NCBI GenBank assembly: GCA_964565345.1
Contig: CAZMEQ010000005.1
Span: 275-64,274 of the forward strand
DNA length: 64,000 nucleotides
Direction: 5' to 3'
Source: an uncultured Gammaproteobacteria bacterium
GTDB taxonomy: Bacteria; Patescibacteriota; Patescibacteriia; UBA11705; JABHMO01
Position 1 is the stretch's first letter. Each line of letters begins with the position of its first letter. The notes below the pieces were generated by a model. It did not search any database and had not been told where the DNA came from. It was given only the letters and a program-made list of their open reading frames with translations. Positions 19,741-30,795 of this stretch are shown here, piece after piece. The translations under genes were made by a program, and so were the position numbers.

Positions 19741-21268
19741 AATATACGATCCGAAATGGTTTGGCGGTGTTTTCCTAAAAAGCTTACTGCTCATTTTTTT
19801 ATACGAAGTTTTTTCCGCCCTCAATCACATATTTAATAGCTCTTTTAACACAGGACAAATATTGTCTGCTATATTTTTTGTAATCGTTTTTTTTGTTTGC
19901 ATAAAAAGCCCAAAAGTTGGCCTTTACTTGGCCTTAATTGAACTACTTATTGGTTCGCAAGGTCATGGCCTTGATGTTTTTCTGGGACAGCAAGCAATCT
20001 CTCTTCGCATGATTTTATTTTTAGGCACTATGTTGGGCTGTTTAGTTATGAGATCGAAGAGAGATTTTTTGAGCTTTATTCTTTCTTATTTAAGAAAAAA
20101 TAACGTTCTTATTGTTTTCGGTGCTATTTTTGTTTTTGGTATCTTTATGGCTTTTGTAAGAGCCAACCCTTTAAACTATATTATAAATGATGCTAATGCC
20201 TGGATTTACTTTTTCTATATATTCCCAGCATTATATTTCTCTAAAAATCCAAACAATTTAAAAAATCTTTGGCCTATTGTTATTGCGACAACACTAAGCA
20301 TTGCTATAAAATCACTCTTATACTTATATGTCTTTTCACATAAATTTGAAAATCTACAAGTGTTTCTTTACGATTGGGGACGAGATACACGCTGGGGTGA
20401 ATTCACGTTAGCTGGTGGTGGCTTGTATAGAATTTTTTCACAAGCCCAAATTTTTAGTATGATAATTGCCTCTGTCATAATTGGTTATTTATTTTTTAAG
20501 GGACGTCATGGCTATTCGCATAATTCCAATAAATATTTAGGTTTAATTTTAAGTATAAATATAGCAACAATAATCCTTTCTCTATCACGCAGTTTTTGGC
20601 TTGGTTTTTTAGCGGCGGTGGTAATAGCTTTTGCGATATCACTTTTTATTTACCGTTTTAAAATTATAAATTCTTTAAGCTTAATTTTACGCACTCTTAT
20701 TTACAGTGGTCTGAGTTTTTTTATTTTGATCTGGGTGCTATTTTTCCCTTGGCCTGAACGAACAGTATTCAACCCCAATCAAGCTTTAAATGACCGTCTT
20801 GAAATTCAAGACCAAGCTGGAGCTAGTCGCTGGAATCAAGTACCACACCTTTTAAAAGCAATTGCTAGACATCCGATTTTGGGATCAGGCTGGGGGACAG
20901 CAATTACATATGAAAGCCGTGATCCACGCATAGCCACGCCAAATAATCCTAAGGGGATTTACACTACATATGCCTTTGAATGGGGCTATTTAGATATTAT
21001 TTTAAAAATCGGTCTTTTGGGACTTGGAACATACTTAGTCTTGATTGGGCAAATTACAAATAAATTTTTAAAACTTATAAACCTTAATAAAAAAGAGCAC
21101 TTTCGCAATGCGCTTTTATGGGGCTTTATTTTGGGTTTAATTGCTCTATTGACCACTCACATGTTTAGTCCTTACCTTAATCATCCCCTGGGCATTGGTT
21201 ACCTAATAATCATGTTATGTGTAATGGAACACTTCCACTACTCAAGTATCGAGCCAATAAAATCTTGA
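19682..21268 (+). CDS. O-antigen ligase/polymerase-like (Wzy_C family) membrane protein
   Basis: More than 10 TM helices and an LSLSRSFWLGFLAAVVIAF block resembling the WaaL/Wzy_C signature. Start ambiguous: ORF-track TTG 19655, ATGs at 19682 and 19724, all overlapping the upstream gene. Confidence 0.55.
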   Translation: MTPKALSINFIKKAMVPDIKIYDPKWFGGVFLKSLLLIFLYEVFSALNHIFNSSFNTGQILSAIFFVIVFFVCIKSPKVGLYLALIELLIGSQGHGLDVFLGQQAISLRMILFLGTMLGCLVMRSKRDFLSFILSYLRKNNVLIVFGAIFVFGIFMAFVRANPLNYIINDANAWIYFFYIFPALYFSKNPNNLKNLWPIVIATTLSIAIKSLLYLYVFSHKFENLQVFLYDWGRDTRWGEFTLAGGGLYRIFSQAQIFSMIIASVIIGYLFFKGRHGYSHNSNKYLGLILSINIATIILSLSRSFWLGFLAAVVIAFAISLFIYRFKIINSLSLILRTLIYSGLSFFILIWVLFFPWPERTVFNPNQALNDRLEIQDQAGASRWNQVPHLLKAIARHPILGSGWGTAITYESRDPRIATPNNPKGIYTTYAFEWGYLDIILKIGLLGLGTYLVLIGQITNKFLKLINLNKKEHFRNALLWGFILGLIALLTTHMFSPYLNHPLGIGYLIIMLCVMEHFHYSSIEPIKS

Positions 21269-22182
21269 TGACCATTTATGAAATCCGAAACGAGTGCTTC
21301 TTTTTTTGATTCCAGTTTTACTTTTAACAACTCAATAGCACCGTCGCGACATTTTACAAAAACTCGTCTACCATCCTTGAAAACAATTCCATTTGGTTTA
21401 TCTGATGGGACAACATCAACCCTTTGGACCTCAATTAAATCTAGTTTTTGTTTTTTGTAAAAACAATAAAGTCCAGGCCAATTATGATAAGCGCGAAACT
21501 TATTTATAATCACTGAACAACTTTCATTAAAATCTAGTTTGCCATCGAGTTTATCTATTTTGACACAAAAACTCGCCTGTTCGTGTTCCTGTTCTTGAAG
21601 CATAATTTTATTTTCCAAGTAGGGTATTATGACTTCGTCTAGCATCCGTGCACTCTTTAAGGCAAGCTCCGACTCCAAAGTTGCGTATTTCGCATTTTCT
21701 ACTAAGTCAATTTCCGCTTGCACTAAAATCGGGCCGGCATCCATCTTTTCGTCCAGCTTAATAATAGACACGCCTGTTTTTTTATCTCCTTTTAATAAGG
21801 CGGATTGAATTGGTGCCGGTCCACGATATTTGGGCAATAATGATGGATGAACATTTAAACACCCACCAGGACAAACATTAAGCAGGTCTGGCGGCAAAAT
21901 CTTTCCATAAGCCGCAACAACTATCAAATCTGCTTTGACATCTTTAATTTGTTGTAGTAATTCATTATTATTTTTCAGCTTTGATGGTTGCAAGCAAGGA
22001 ATATTATTACTTTGGGCCAAAATTTTTGTCGGTGGTATCATTATTTTATTTCCTCGTCCTCCAACCTTATCAATTTCAGTTATCACTAACGGTACAGTGT
22101 ATTTTTCTAAAAGCATTTCTAAAATTGGTATCGAGAAGTTTGCCGAACCAATAAAAATAACTTTTATGTCTTTTTTATTCAT
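21238..22182 (-). CDS. fmt: methionyl-tRNA formyltransferase
   Basis: KVIFIGSANFSIPILEML N-terminus; HPSLLPKYRG motif; def-fmt synteny. Confidence 0.85.
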   Translation of the reverse strand: MNKKDIKVIFIGSANFSIPILEMLLEKYTVPLVITEIDKVGGRGNKIMIPPTKILAQSNNIPCLQPSKLKNNNELLQQIKDVKADLIVVAAYGKILPPDLLNVCPGGCLNVHPSLLPKYRGPAPIQSALLKGDKKTGVSIIKLDEKMDAGPILVQAEIDLVENAKYATLESELALKSARMLDEVIIPYLENKIMLQEQEHEQASFCVKIDKLDGKLDFNESCSVIINKFRAYHNWPGLYCFYKKQKLDLIEVQRVDVVPSDKPNGIVFKDGRRVFVKCRDGAIELLKVKLESKKEALVSDFINGHQDFIGSILE

Positions 22183-22654
22183 CTATTTTCAATTCGCCCT
22201 GGGTAATTTTAGTCATCTTGTCAATAAATAAAACACCATCCAAGTGATCGACCTCATGCTGAAGAACACGTGCAAATAAGCCAGATGCTTTTAGTTCTAT
22301 TTTTTCAGCTTTAGTATTATATGCAACAACGCTTAATTTTTTATGTCTTTTTACCAAACCATAAACACCAGGCACACTAAGACAACCTTCTTCACCCGAT
22401 TCTTTGAGCCATGACTTTTTTTTAAGCATCGGATTTATCAAAATTAAGGCCTCGTCTTTATAAGCCACAGCAATAATTCTTTTAAGCACGCCTATTTGTG
22501 GGGCCGCTAAACCAATACCATCTTTTTTGAACATTGTTTCGCCCATGTCCTTTAAAAATTTTTGCATATCTTTACTGCAAATATCGCCAACTAATACTCT
22601 TTCTGATTTTTTTCGTAACTCTTTATTAGGAATTGTTAAAATTTTATGTATCAT
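22175..22654 (-). CDS. def: peptide deformylase
   Basis: GLAAPQIGV, EGCLSVPG and HEVDHLDG motifs. Confidence 0.9.
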   Translation of the reverse strand: MIHKILTIPNKELRKKSERVLVGDICSKDMQKFLKDMGETMFKKDGIGLAAPQIGVLKRIIAVAYKDEALILINPMLKKKSWLKESGEEGCLSVPGVYGLVKRHKKLSVVAYNTKAEKIELKASGLFARVLQHEVDHLDGVLFIDKMTKITQGELKIDE

Positions 22655-22674
22655 ATTTCGCTTAATTTAGATAA

Positions 22675-24540
22675 TTATAGCAAGTCAATAGGGGAGCTGT
22701 CAACGCTCCAATAATCTGGAACCAGCTTTGATAACAACTCCATATTCTTTTCAACATTATCCAGAACTTTAATTGTAATAATATAACGATATCTTTTTCT
22801 TATTTTGGTTAAATAGTAAAGATACGGTTCAGACACTTTAACTGTTTCTCGGTCAAAATTTTTTTCTAACTTGATATGAAAATCCGTCGCCTCACGTAGG
22901 CAGATCTGACGATCATGATGCTGAAAAAAAACTTTTATTAAGCGACTAAAAGGGGGATATCCATACTCTTTTTTATTTCTTAGTTCGATTTGGAAAAAAC
23001 TTGCATATCCCAATGATAAATTTTTAATGACATCATTCTCGGGAAAATAAGTTTGTATTATAACTTGTTGTTCATTTTTAAGCTGCAAAACAAATTCATT
23101 CAAAAACCTATACAATCTATAGTTAGTATTAAAATCACTCCGAAACAAAAGATTATCAAAGTAAGCAACAATTATGCCTGCAAAACGTTCCAGATTTGGC
23201 ACAGTCTCTGTCCCAGTAGCTAAAATTATACTGGCCTGCTTATTATCTAATTTATCACTGCATTTATATTCCGTAGATACTTGCTTAATTATTTCTTTAA
23301 TACCAAGTCCTTGACCCTTTATTTTAACAGAACCGCACTCTGGACAATTGGTAGGTGCTAGAATCTTTTGTTGGCAGCCGCCACAAACAAGTTCCTGGTT
23401 CTCGTTTAAAGAATAGGGCAATGCACATTGCGGGCAATTAAAAGTATGGCCACACTCCGCACAAACCATGCGGCTAAAACTACCTGTTTTATTAAAAATC
23501 AACAAAACTTGTTTTTTATTTTTGGCCGCCTGCGTTATAAACATTTCCGCTTGATATGATAGAAAAAAATATCGTCTTTTAGGTTCCTCTTTCATATTTA
23601 CAATTCGCGGCAAAGGTTTTTTATTCGTTTCCAAATTAAGATATTGATACTGTTCCTGCTTACAAAAATAAGTATCTTCTGGCCGCGGGTACGGAGAAAC
23701 TAAAACGACCCTACTACCTGTTTGCTCTTGATGCTTTTTTATAACGTCCAAACAGTTATAATAAGGCGTTTGATCCCACTGTTTATAATCATCGGAATCG
23801 ATACTATCAGCAATCACCAATGCTGTTTTTTGATTCAAGTAAAAACAAGCCGAACGCGTACCAATTACAATCTTGATTTGCTGTGCTTTAATTTTCTGGG
23901 CAAGATCAAAAAACTCGCTTTTGCTTCTTCTTTTACTTCCAATCAACAAACAAGACTTTAAGCTTAGCTCTTTCGGTAGCTGCTCATAAAATAACTTAGC
24001 ACTATTTAAGTCAGGGAAAAACACAAAGGCCTGGCTCTGGTTAAGTCCGAGAAGCTGTTCATAAAATCCAAATTTAACTTTTGGGTCAAGAGCTGAAACT
24101 AAATACTTTTTTCTTGTTGAACCAATTATTGCTTGTGCAGTTCTCTGAATAGGCAAGGGAATTTTTTGATTCTTTTCGGTAGGCTTATTCGGACTATCGA
24201 TCTTTGCTTTCATTTTTTTCAACGGAGGCGGTGGTTGCATTAAAGCCAAGGTTGTTCCGAGAGAAATAAAATTGTATTTACTAAACCATTTTAAAAATTC
24301 TAATTGATAACTATCCAGCCTGGCTAATGTTTCTATGGTTTTTATTTCAGTGGGTGATTCAAAACTACTTTTTTCAATAAAACCAATAAAGCAGCCATAA
24401 ATATTACGGCGCGCAAAAGGTATTTTTATAATTTGCCCAACAATTAAGTTTTTAGCCAAAGTACTATCTATTTGATAATCAAAACAACCAAGTTTTCTTG
24501 GTAGTTTTGTAAGTGGAATAAATTGTGCTATACGCAACAT
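22675..24540 (-). CDS. priA: primosomal protein N' (PriA)-like replication restart helicase
   Basis: Cys4-Cys4 zinc-binding region CAECGHTFNCPQC...CGGCQQ...CPECGS embedded in a helicase-sized protein; priA-def-fmt gene order. Confidence 0.65.
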   Translation of the reverse strand: MLRIAQFIPLTKLPRKLGCFDYQIDSTLAKNLIVGQIIKIPFARRNIYGCFIGFIEKSSFESPTEIKTIETLARLDSYQLEFLKWFSKYNFISLGTTLALMQPPPPLKKMKAKIDSPNKPTEKNQKIPLPIQRTAQAIIGSTRKKYLVSALDPKVKFGFYEQLLGLNQSQAFVFFPDLNSAKLFYEQLPKELSLKSCLLIGSKRRSKSEFFDLAQKIKAQQIKIVIGTRSACFYLNQKTALVIADSIDSDDYKQWDQTPYYNCLDVIKKHQEQTGSRVVLVSPYPRPEDTYFCKQEQYQYLNLETNKKPLPRIVNMKEEPKRRYFFLSYQAEMFITQAAKNKKQVLLIFNKTGSFSRMVCAECGHTFNCPQCALPYSLNENQELVCGGCQQKILAPTNCPECGSVKIKGQGLGIKEIIKQVSTEYKCSDKLDNKQASIILATGTETVPNLERFAGIIVAYFDNLLFRSDFNTNYRLYRFLNEFVLQLKNEQQVIIQTYFPENDVIKNLSLGYASFFQIELRNKKEYGYPPFSRLIKVFFQHHDRQICLREATDFHIKLEKNFDRETVKVSEPYLYYLTKIRKRYRYIITIKVLDNVEKNMELLSKLVPDYWSVDSSPIDLL

Positions 24541-24542
24541 AT

Positions 24543-25331
24543 TTACTTAAACTTGGCTTCGCCGACCAAATAACCGACCCCGAAAGGGGATTCGTAACTT
24601 AAAACATGAAAATCGTAATCCATTTTTTTAATCACGCCCAGCATAATCAAGAATGAACGCAAGCCACATTCCGCAGCATTTTCTATTAAATCAGTATCTA
24701 AATTTAAAATGTTTTCAACGTTCCTCTTTTTTAATAATTGGATCATTTTTTTATCAAACTCTTTCGCTTCTGGCGAGAAACCGGCCGGTGCATGATAAGA
24801 TAAACGATGAGATAAATCACCAGAAGCAATTATGGCGTATTTTTTATCAAGAGAAAAACAAGCCTCTTTAATAGCTTCGCCTAGTTTAATGTGCATCTCA
24901 TAATTCAACATGGCGTAATTAATTGGCACGATACGACAATTTTTCTTTTTTCTTGTTAAAAAATACAGCGGCACTGAAAATCCATGGTCTAAATTGTCAC
25001 CATAAGTCAATTGTATGGGTAATTTTGTTTCGTTTTGACTCCTTAGTTGGTTGATAAAAACTAAATCTGACTTGAACTCCAGTTCTGTGCTAAAATCTCC
25101 AAAATCGTGCAAACTAGCCGTATAATTACTCTGTGTGTTAACAATAAAATTATCGCTGTTAATGCCTCCGTGCGGCGAAATTATAATTATTGTATCTGGT
25201 GCGGCTTGATTTAAATCGTCTTCAAGTATATCAAATGCCTTGAGTGTTTTCTTAAGCTTTTTTTGATTTTCTTTGCCAATACTGGGAATTAAAATGGGGG
25301 AGTGTGGCACAATGCTGGCGAAAACTAACAT
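24543..25331 (-). CDS. LigB-family (class III extradiol dioxygenase, YgiD/DODA-like or Memo-like) protein
   Basis: N-terminal ASIVPHSPILIP resembling the HGSP metal-site motif; 262 aa. Confidence 0.45.
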   Translation of the reverse strand: MLVFASIVPHSPILIPSIGKENQKKLKKTLKAFDILEDDLNQAAPDTIIIISPHGGINSDNFIVNTQSNYTASLHDFGDFSTELEFKSDLVFINQLRSQNETKLPIQLTYGDNLDHGFSVPLYFLTRKKKNCRIVPINYAMLNYEMHIKLGEAIKEACFSLDKKYAIIASGDLSHRLSYHAPAGFSPEAKEFDKKMIQLLKKRNVENILNLDTDLIENAAECGLRSFLIMLGVIKKMDYDFHVLSYESPFGVGYLVGEAKFK

Positions 25332-25335
25332 ATGA

Positions 25336-26709
25336 TTATTTTTTATAATCTAAATCTAAATATTCTCCTTGGGGAATATTGCTTAATGCCTTTTCAGGGA
25401 CTTCTTTAATATTTTCCCACTTATATCCTAACCCCTCAAACACAGTTGCTGACGAAATTGGCATTTTAAGACCGTTGGCAATAACATAAACAGCAGCGTT
25501 TTCCTTTGATTTTACTAAAGTCCCGTCCTTAATCTTGACTGAATCCATACGTGGAAATTTATCTAACTCCAAAGTACTAACTGGGGTTATCTTCATCTTG
25601 GGGAAATTAATCTGCATTATTTCTTTTGCAATAATTGGATACTTGTAACCATCTACAACATAATAAACACCTCCAGTTGCTTTATCTTGAAGCAATGCAC
25701 CAGCAGGGTATGTGCTTGTTATAGTTATAACATCACCTAGCTCATAAGTAGCTAGCTCTTCTAGTGTAATACTTTCAAATTCTTCAGGATTATAACCTAA
25801 TTGTCTAACCACCTCTCTTGATTCAAACTTTTTTAATTTATCATCAACTAGCATGTAGACAGAAGAATCCGGTGTGGTTAGCAATGAATAATTGGGGTAT
25901 TTAATGGGTGCTCCAATTTCGTATTTTTCAAGTTCACTTGGACTCACTATAATAATATTTTTAAGATCATACCTTGAGATCAAAGCTGCTTTTGATTGGA
26001 AAGCGCGACGTTGGCCATTTTTAAGCACCCAAACACCCGATTCTTTTTCACCTTGCAATAATGTTCCATCAGGATACTTTTGCGAAAACCAGTGTCCCCA
26101 AATTTTCCAAAAATTATAATTGCCAGTTACGTGTGGGGTATAGTTATATAAATTAGCTGTTGCTTGATTTTGCATGAAAATATCTTGTCCACTTATATTA
26201 TAAGACTTTCCGGCACGTTTAACCCAACCATTTTGAGCATTTTCATAAAACCATCTTTGAACACCAGCGGCTCTGTCAACCTGAATACCAAAACCCTTTA
26301 AGGCCAAAACCTTGGGATCATTAACACTGCAATTGTCACAAACACCATAACCCATGGCCCAATCATATTGAGATTGCTTCGGTGTAGCGTCTTCAACCAA
26401 ACTCATTTCTTTTTGAAGCATGACTAATAAATACATGGGATTTATCTTGTGTTCCTGGGCCGCATTATAGATTATTTCGCTGGCCGAGCGGGCAACACCA
26501 TTGACATCAGTCGCAATTAAAGATTTTAATGTCCCTCCACGCCGATTTAGAAAGTTCTGGATATCCACTAAAGTCATGGTACTGTAATTGGTCATGTCTG
26601 AGTCAGTGATAATATTCCCAGGGTCAAAAGTAGCGGCCTGCACTGAAATAAAAGGTATTAGAAATGACAAAATTAAGCTTAAATTGATGATTTTTTTGAT
26701 TTTATGCAT
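25336..26709 (-). CDS. secreted hypothetical protein
   Basis: Signal peptide MHKIKKIINLSLILSFLIPFISVQA; 457 aa; no clear catalytic motif. Confidence 0.4.
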   Translation of the reverse strand: MHKIKKIINLSLILSFLIPFISVQAATFDPGNIITDSDMTNYSTMTLVDIQNFLNRRGGTLKSLIATDVNGVARSASEIIYNAAQEHKINPMYLLVMLQKEMSLVEDATPKQSQYDWAMGYGVCDNCSVNDPKVLALKGFGIQVDRAAGVQRWFYENAQNGWVKRAGKSYNISGQDIFMQNQATANLYNYTPHVTGNYNFWKIWGHWFSQKYPDGTLLQGEKESGVWVLKNGQRRAFQSKAALISRYDLKNIIIVSPSELEKYEIGAPIKYPNYSLLTTPDSSVYMLVDDKLKKFESREVVRQLGYNPEEFESITLEELATYELGDVITITSTYPAGALLQDKATGGVYYVVDGYKYPIIAKEIMQINFPKMKITPVSTLELDKFPRMDSVKIKDGTLVKSKENAAVYVIANGLKMPISSATVFEGLGYKWENIKEVPEKALSNIPQGEYLDLDYKK

Positions 26710-26780
26710 ATAAGTAATTATATCAAAATAAGAACATAAGTAAACAGCCCCGCAATTTTAGCGGAGCTGTTTACGACTGT

Positions 26781-29423
26781 TTATTGGAAGTTTTTTATCA
26801 CAACTTTTTGATTATCGTTGCTGTAGTCTACTGTTACTTTATTTTTAATCTTACCTTCAATAATGTATAGCGCTAGTTCATCTAAAATTTTATTTTGAAT
26901 TAAGCGTTTTAAAGGCCTAGCTCCAAATTGCGGATCAAAACCTTTTTCAACGAGTAATTCTTTAATTGATTTGCTAAAGGTGAGCTTAATCTCCTTATGA
27001 TCCGCCAAACGTTTTGCGACTAAATTTAGTTGTAAATCTACAATTTGCCGGATATCTTCTTTTTGCAAAGCCTCGAAAACAATAATCTCATTAATACGAT
27101 TTAAAAACTCTGGATTAAAAAATTCTTTAAGCCTGTCTTTTACTTTTGATTCAATGTCTTCGTGCTGACTAACTTCAGCTCCTTGAAAGCCAAGGTCACC
27201 GCGTCTATTTAGAGACTGCAAAATCATATCGCTACCGATATTGGAAGTCATGATGATTAAGGTGTTTTTAAAGTTAACTACACGCCCCTTGGCATCGGTT
27301 AATCTCCCGTCATCTAACAGTTGCAACAAAACATTAAAAACTTCTGGGTGCGCTTTTTCAATTTCATCAAACAAAACCACGGAGTAGGGGCGACGTCTTA
27401 CTTTTTCGGTTAACTGCCCGCCTTCGTCGTAGCCGACATAACCTGGAGGGGAGCCAATTAACTTAGAAACAGCATGTTTTTCCATTAATTCAGACATATC
27501 AACTCGAACGATTGCTTCTTCACTATTAAACATAAATTCAGCCAAAGCTTTCGCCAATTCTGTTTTACCAACACCAGTAGGTCCTAAAAACATGAACGTT
27601 CCTATTGGTTGATTTTCTTCCGAAAGTCCGGCACGGGAACGCCTTAAAGCATTAGCCACAGCTTTAATGGCTAATTTTTGTCCAATTACCCGCTTACCCA
27701 ACTCATCTTCCGCATGAGCTAATTTTTCTATTTCACTTTGCAGCATTTTTGATACAGGAATTCCGGTCCACTTAGAAACGACAGCGGCGATATCTTCTTC
27801 TGTAACTTTTTCTTTTAAAAATTTTCTACCACCAGGACCGGTTTGTAGCTTTTTCAAACGAGCTTGTAAACTTTTAATTGCCTTTTCTTTTTCAGGGATC
27901 AAACCATAACGGATTTCGGCCACACGTTCATATTCTGCTTTGCGTTCAAAAATTTCCGCTTCTTGGCGCATTTTATCTATTTCCTTTTTGGCTTCTTGGA
28001 TATCATTGATAAGTTCTCGTTCCTTTTTCCAATGTAGTTCTAATTGATGTGACTTTTCCTTAATTTCAGCCAAATTCTTATTAATTTCGCGCAGTCTTCT
28101 AGTTGTTGTGCTGGTTTTTTCTTTTGAAATAGCTTGCTTTTCAATTTCTAGTCGCATAATGTCGCGTTTCATCAAATCTAACTCTACCGGCATACTATTT
28201 AGTTCGATGCGTAGAGCAGAGGTGGCTTCGTCAACCAAATCAATAGCTTTGTCTGGTAAGAATCTATCAGTAATATATTTTTGAGATAATTTTGCGGCGG
28301 CCACTAAAGCGTCGTCCGTAATACGCACGCCATGGTGAACTTCGTATTTTTCTTTTATTCCACGCAAAATTGCGATAGTATCTTCAACGGTTGGCTCACT
28401 CACAAAGACGGGCTGGAAACGACGTTCTAAAGCCGCATCTTTTTCGATGTGTTTTTGATATTCTTTCAATGTTGTTGCTCCGACACAATGCAAATCGCCC
28501 CGGGCCAAAGCCGGTTTTAACATGTTAGAAGCATCCAGCGTACCCTCGATTGACCCCGCACCAACGATAGTATGTAATTCATCGATAAAAATTATAAAAT
28601 GATCTTTATTCTTTTTAATTTCAGTTAAAATTGCTTTCATTCGTTCCTCAAACTCGCCACGGAATTTTGATCCAGCCACTAATGAACCAATATCCAACGA
28701 TAAAACTTCTTTATCCTTTAAATTTTCTGGGACATCTCCAGAAACAATGCGTTGTGCTAAACCTTCAGCAATAGCTGTTTTACCAACACCAGGTTCACCA
28801 ATTAAAACAGGATTATTTTTTGTTCTACGGGAAAGAACCTGCAAAACTCGACGAATTTCTTCGTCGCGGCCGATAACCGGATCCAGTTTTTCCTGGCGCG
28901 CTTCTTCGGTCAAATTCACAGTATGCTTATTTAGGACATTCATTTTATTTTCCGGCTCAACTGAGTCGACCTTTTGATCGCCACGAACATCAGAAAGGAT
29001 CCGCAAAACTAAATCATAATCAATATGATACAATTTTAAAATTTCACTGGCCGCAGAATCTATTTTTAATAGCGATAGCAGTAAATGCTCTGTGCTAACG
29101 AACTCATCACCTAACTTGTGCGCCTCTTTTTCTGAATTAACTAAAGTAAAATTCATTGACGCAGTTATAAAAACTTGTCCAGCCTGTGGATTTTTCATGG
29201 CGCCTTTTGGCAATCGTTTTAAAGCAGTTTCCACATCACGGATTATACTTTCCACAGGAGATTCGATCTTTTTTAAAACAGTAAGCACAATACTTTCATC
29301 TTGTTGGAGCAACGCATAGAGCAAATGTAGAGTATCGATTTGCGGATGATTATATTCAAAAGCAATAGCCTGAGCCTCTTGCATAGCTTGTTGAGAATTG
29401 GTAGTAAATTTTCTGACATCCAT
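26781..29423 (-). CDS. clpB: ATP-dependent chaperone ClpB
   Basis: Clp-N repeats, two AAA+ modules ([16 protein letters not shown]) and a long middle coiled coil. Confidence 0.9.
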   Translation of the reverse strand: MDVRKFTTNSQQAMQEAQAIAFEYNHPQIDTLHLLYALLQQDESIVLTVLKKIESPVESIIRDVETALKRLPKGAMKNPQAGQVFITASMNFTLVNSEKEAHKLGDEFVSTEHLLLSLLKIDSAASEILKLYHIDYDLVLRILSDVRGDQKVDSVEPENKMNVLNKHTVNLTEEARQEKLDPVIGRDEEIRRVLQVLSRRTKNNPVLIGEPGVGKTAIAEGLAQRIVSGDVPENLKDKEVLSLDIGSLVAGSKFRGEFEERMKAILTEIKKNKDHFIIFIDELHTIVGAGSIEGTLDASNMLKPALARGDLHCVGATTLKEYQKHIEKDAALERRFQPVFVSEPTVEDTIAILRGIKEKYEVHHGVRITDDALVAAAKLSQKYITDRFLPDKAIDLVDEATSALRIELNSMPVELDLMKRDIMRLEIEKQAISKEKTSTTTRRLREINKNLAEIKEKSHQLELHWKKERELINDIQEAKKEIDKMRQEAEIFERKAEYERVAEIRYGLIPEKEKAIKSLQARLKKLQTGPGGRKFLKEKVTEEDIAAVVSKWTGIPVSKMLQSEIEKLAHAEDELGKRVIGQKLAIKAVANALRRSRAGLSEENQPIGTFMFLGPTGVGKTELAKALAEFMFNSEEAIVRVDMSELMEKHAVSKLIGSPPGYVGYDEGGQLTEKVRRRPYSVVLFDEIEKAHPEVFNVLLQLLDDGRLTDAKGRVVNFKNTLIIMTSNIGSDMILQSLNRRGDLGFQGAEVSQHEDIESKVKDRLKEFFNPEFLNRINEIIVFEALQKEDIRQIVDLQLNLVAKRLADHKEIKLTFSKSIKELLVEKGFDPQFGARPLKRLIQNKILDELALYIIEGKIKNKVTVDYSNDNQKVVIKNFQ

Positions 29424-29562
29424 ATTTTTTATTTATTAGCAGTCTTAATGTTAGAGTGCTAACTAATTATATGATATTACACAAAAATGTCAAATAAAGG
29501 CATGTTATTTAATTTAAGATAAAAAAATGGTACTCTGTTATTAACTAAACTCATATTATCTT

Positions 29563-30753
29563 ATGAATATTGCTAAAGACCTGCTGAATAAAGCGATTAT
29601 TTTGGGAGTTAAAATTGATGATCAACCACTGGAATGGTTTTTGGATGAAGCGCAAAAAATACTAAAAGGGCCCGAAGCTAAAGCCATATTTACTCCAAAT
29701 CCCGAAATCTGCTTAAAGGCAACCCAGCTAAAACACTATCGAGAAATTTTAAACTCAGCGGCTTTTAATTTGCCGGACGGAATTGGCCTTAAATTTGGGG
29801 CAAAAATTTTAGGCACCTCATTAAAAAATCGTGTTACTGGAGTTGATTTCACTGCATCCCTATTAAAAATCGACCAAGTAAAAAATGTTTTTATTATATT
29901 GCGAGACGATTCTTTGGCTCGGCCAGAGGACGTAAGAAAATATTTCAAAAAAAACATTCCTGCACTTAAATACCAAATTGAAATAATTTCTAAATCAGAC
30001 AAACCCGACAAGCACCTAGTGTCAAATATTATAAACAGCCAAGCACAAATTTTATTTGTCTGTTTAGGCGCACCAGAACAAGAAACCTATATTTACGAAT
30101 TACTCAATAAAAACTTAGGGGACAATCTTAAGCTGGCACTAGGAGTTGGCGGGTCTTTTGATTTTTTATGTAACAAAATGCCACGAGCACCAAAACTAAT
30201 GCGTCGTGTAGGTTTAGAATGGTTATTTCGCTTTTATAAAGAACCCAAAAGATTGAAAAGAATCAAACATGCGACTGCTGATTTTCTTCTAAAGTGTTAT
30301 GAATGGTCAAGGCGGATAGAAACCACATATCGCGAAAATGTAATGGGAATTATAAAGAACAAAGCTGGACTTTATTTAATTCAAAAAAATCCACGACTAG
30401 AAAATCACTGGCAATTCCCTCAAGGAGGGATAGATGATAATGAAATTCCTAATGATGCCATACTACGAGAAATATGTGAAGAATTAAATTTTGATGTAAA
30501 ACATTTAAAAATTATCAAAAAATTAAGCGCTGAGAATGCTTATAAATCACCTCCACAATATCAATTGTTACACGGATATAAAGGCCAAAAACAAATTGCT
30601 TTTCTCATTGATTATACAGGAGATGTAGATGCTTCTACTTTTTTACCAACTGACGAAGCGAGCGAAATAAAATGGGTAAAAAGGGAAGATTTACTCCAAC
30701 AAATTCATCCCGTACGCCAAGAATTTGTAAAACGTTTAATTTCTGAAATATAA
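29563..30753 (+). CDS. WecG/TagA/CpsF (GT26) glycosyltransferase fused to C-terminal Nudix hydrolase domain
   Basis: N-terminal half matches GT26 (FTPNPEICL...LPDGIGL...CLGAPEQE). C-terminal half carries a Nudix box GGIDDNEIPNDAILREICEELNF (G-x5-E-x7-REUxEE). Confidence 0.7.
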   Translation: MNIAKDLLNKAIILGVKIDDQPLEWFLDEAQKILKGPEAKAIFTPNPEICLKATQLKHYREILNSAAFNLPDGIGLKFGAKILGTSLKNRVTGVDFTASLLKIDQVKNVFIILRDDSLARPEDVRKYFKKNIPALKYQIEIISKSDKPDKHLVSNIINSQAQILFVCLGAPEQETYIYELLNKNLGDNLKLALGVGGSFDFLCNKMPRAPKLMRRVGLEWLFRFYKEPKRLKRIKHATADFLLKCYEWSRRIETTYRENVMGIIKNKAGLYLIQKNPRLENHWQFPQGGIDDNEIPNDAILREICEELNFDVKHLKIIKKLSAENAYKSPPQYQLLHGYKGQKQIAFLIDYTGDVDASTFLPTDEASEIKWVKREDLLQQIHPVRQEFVKRLISEI

Positions 30754-30784
30754 AAAACCAGCCAAGAGGGTGTGCTCTGGCTGG
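30753..30784 (-). terminator. minus-strand rho-independent terminator for island-A gene 1
   Basis: Minus-strand hairpin CCAGCCAGAG-cacacc-CTCTTGGCTGG followed by TTTTT; abuts the stop codon of the convergent plus-strand gene. Confidence 0.55.
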
Positions 30785-30795
30785 ACTTGAACAGG

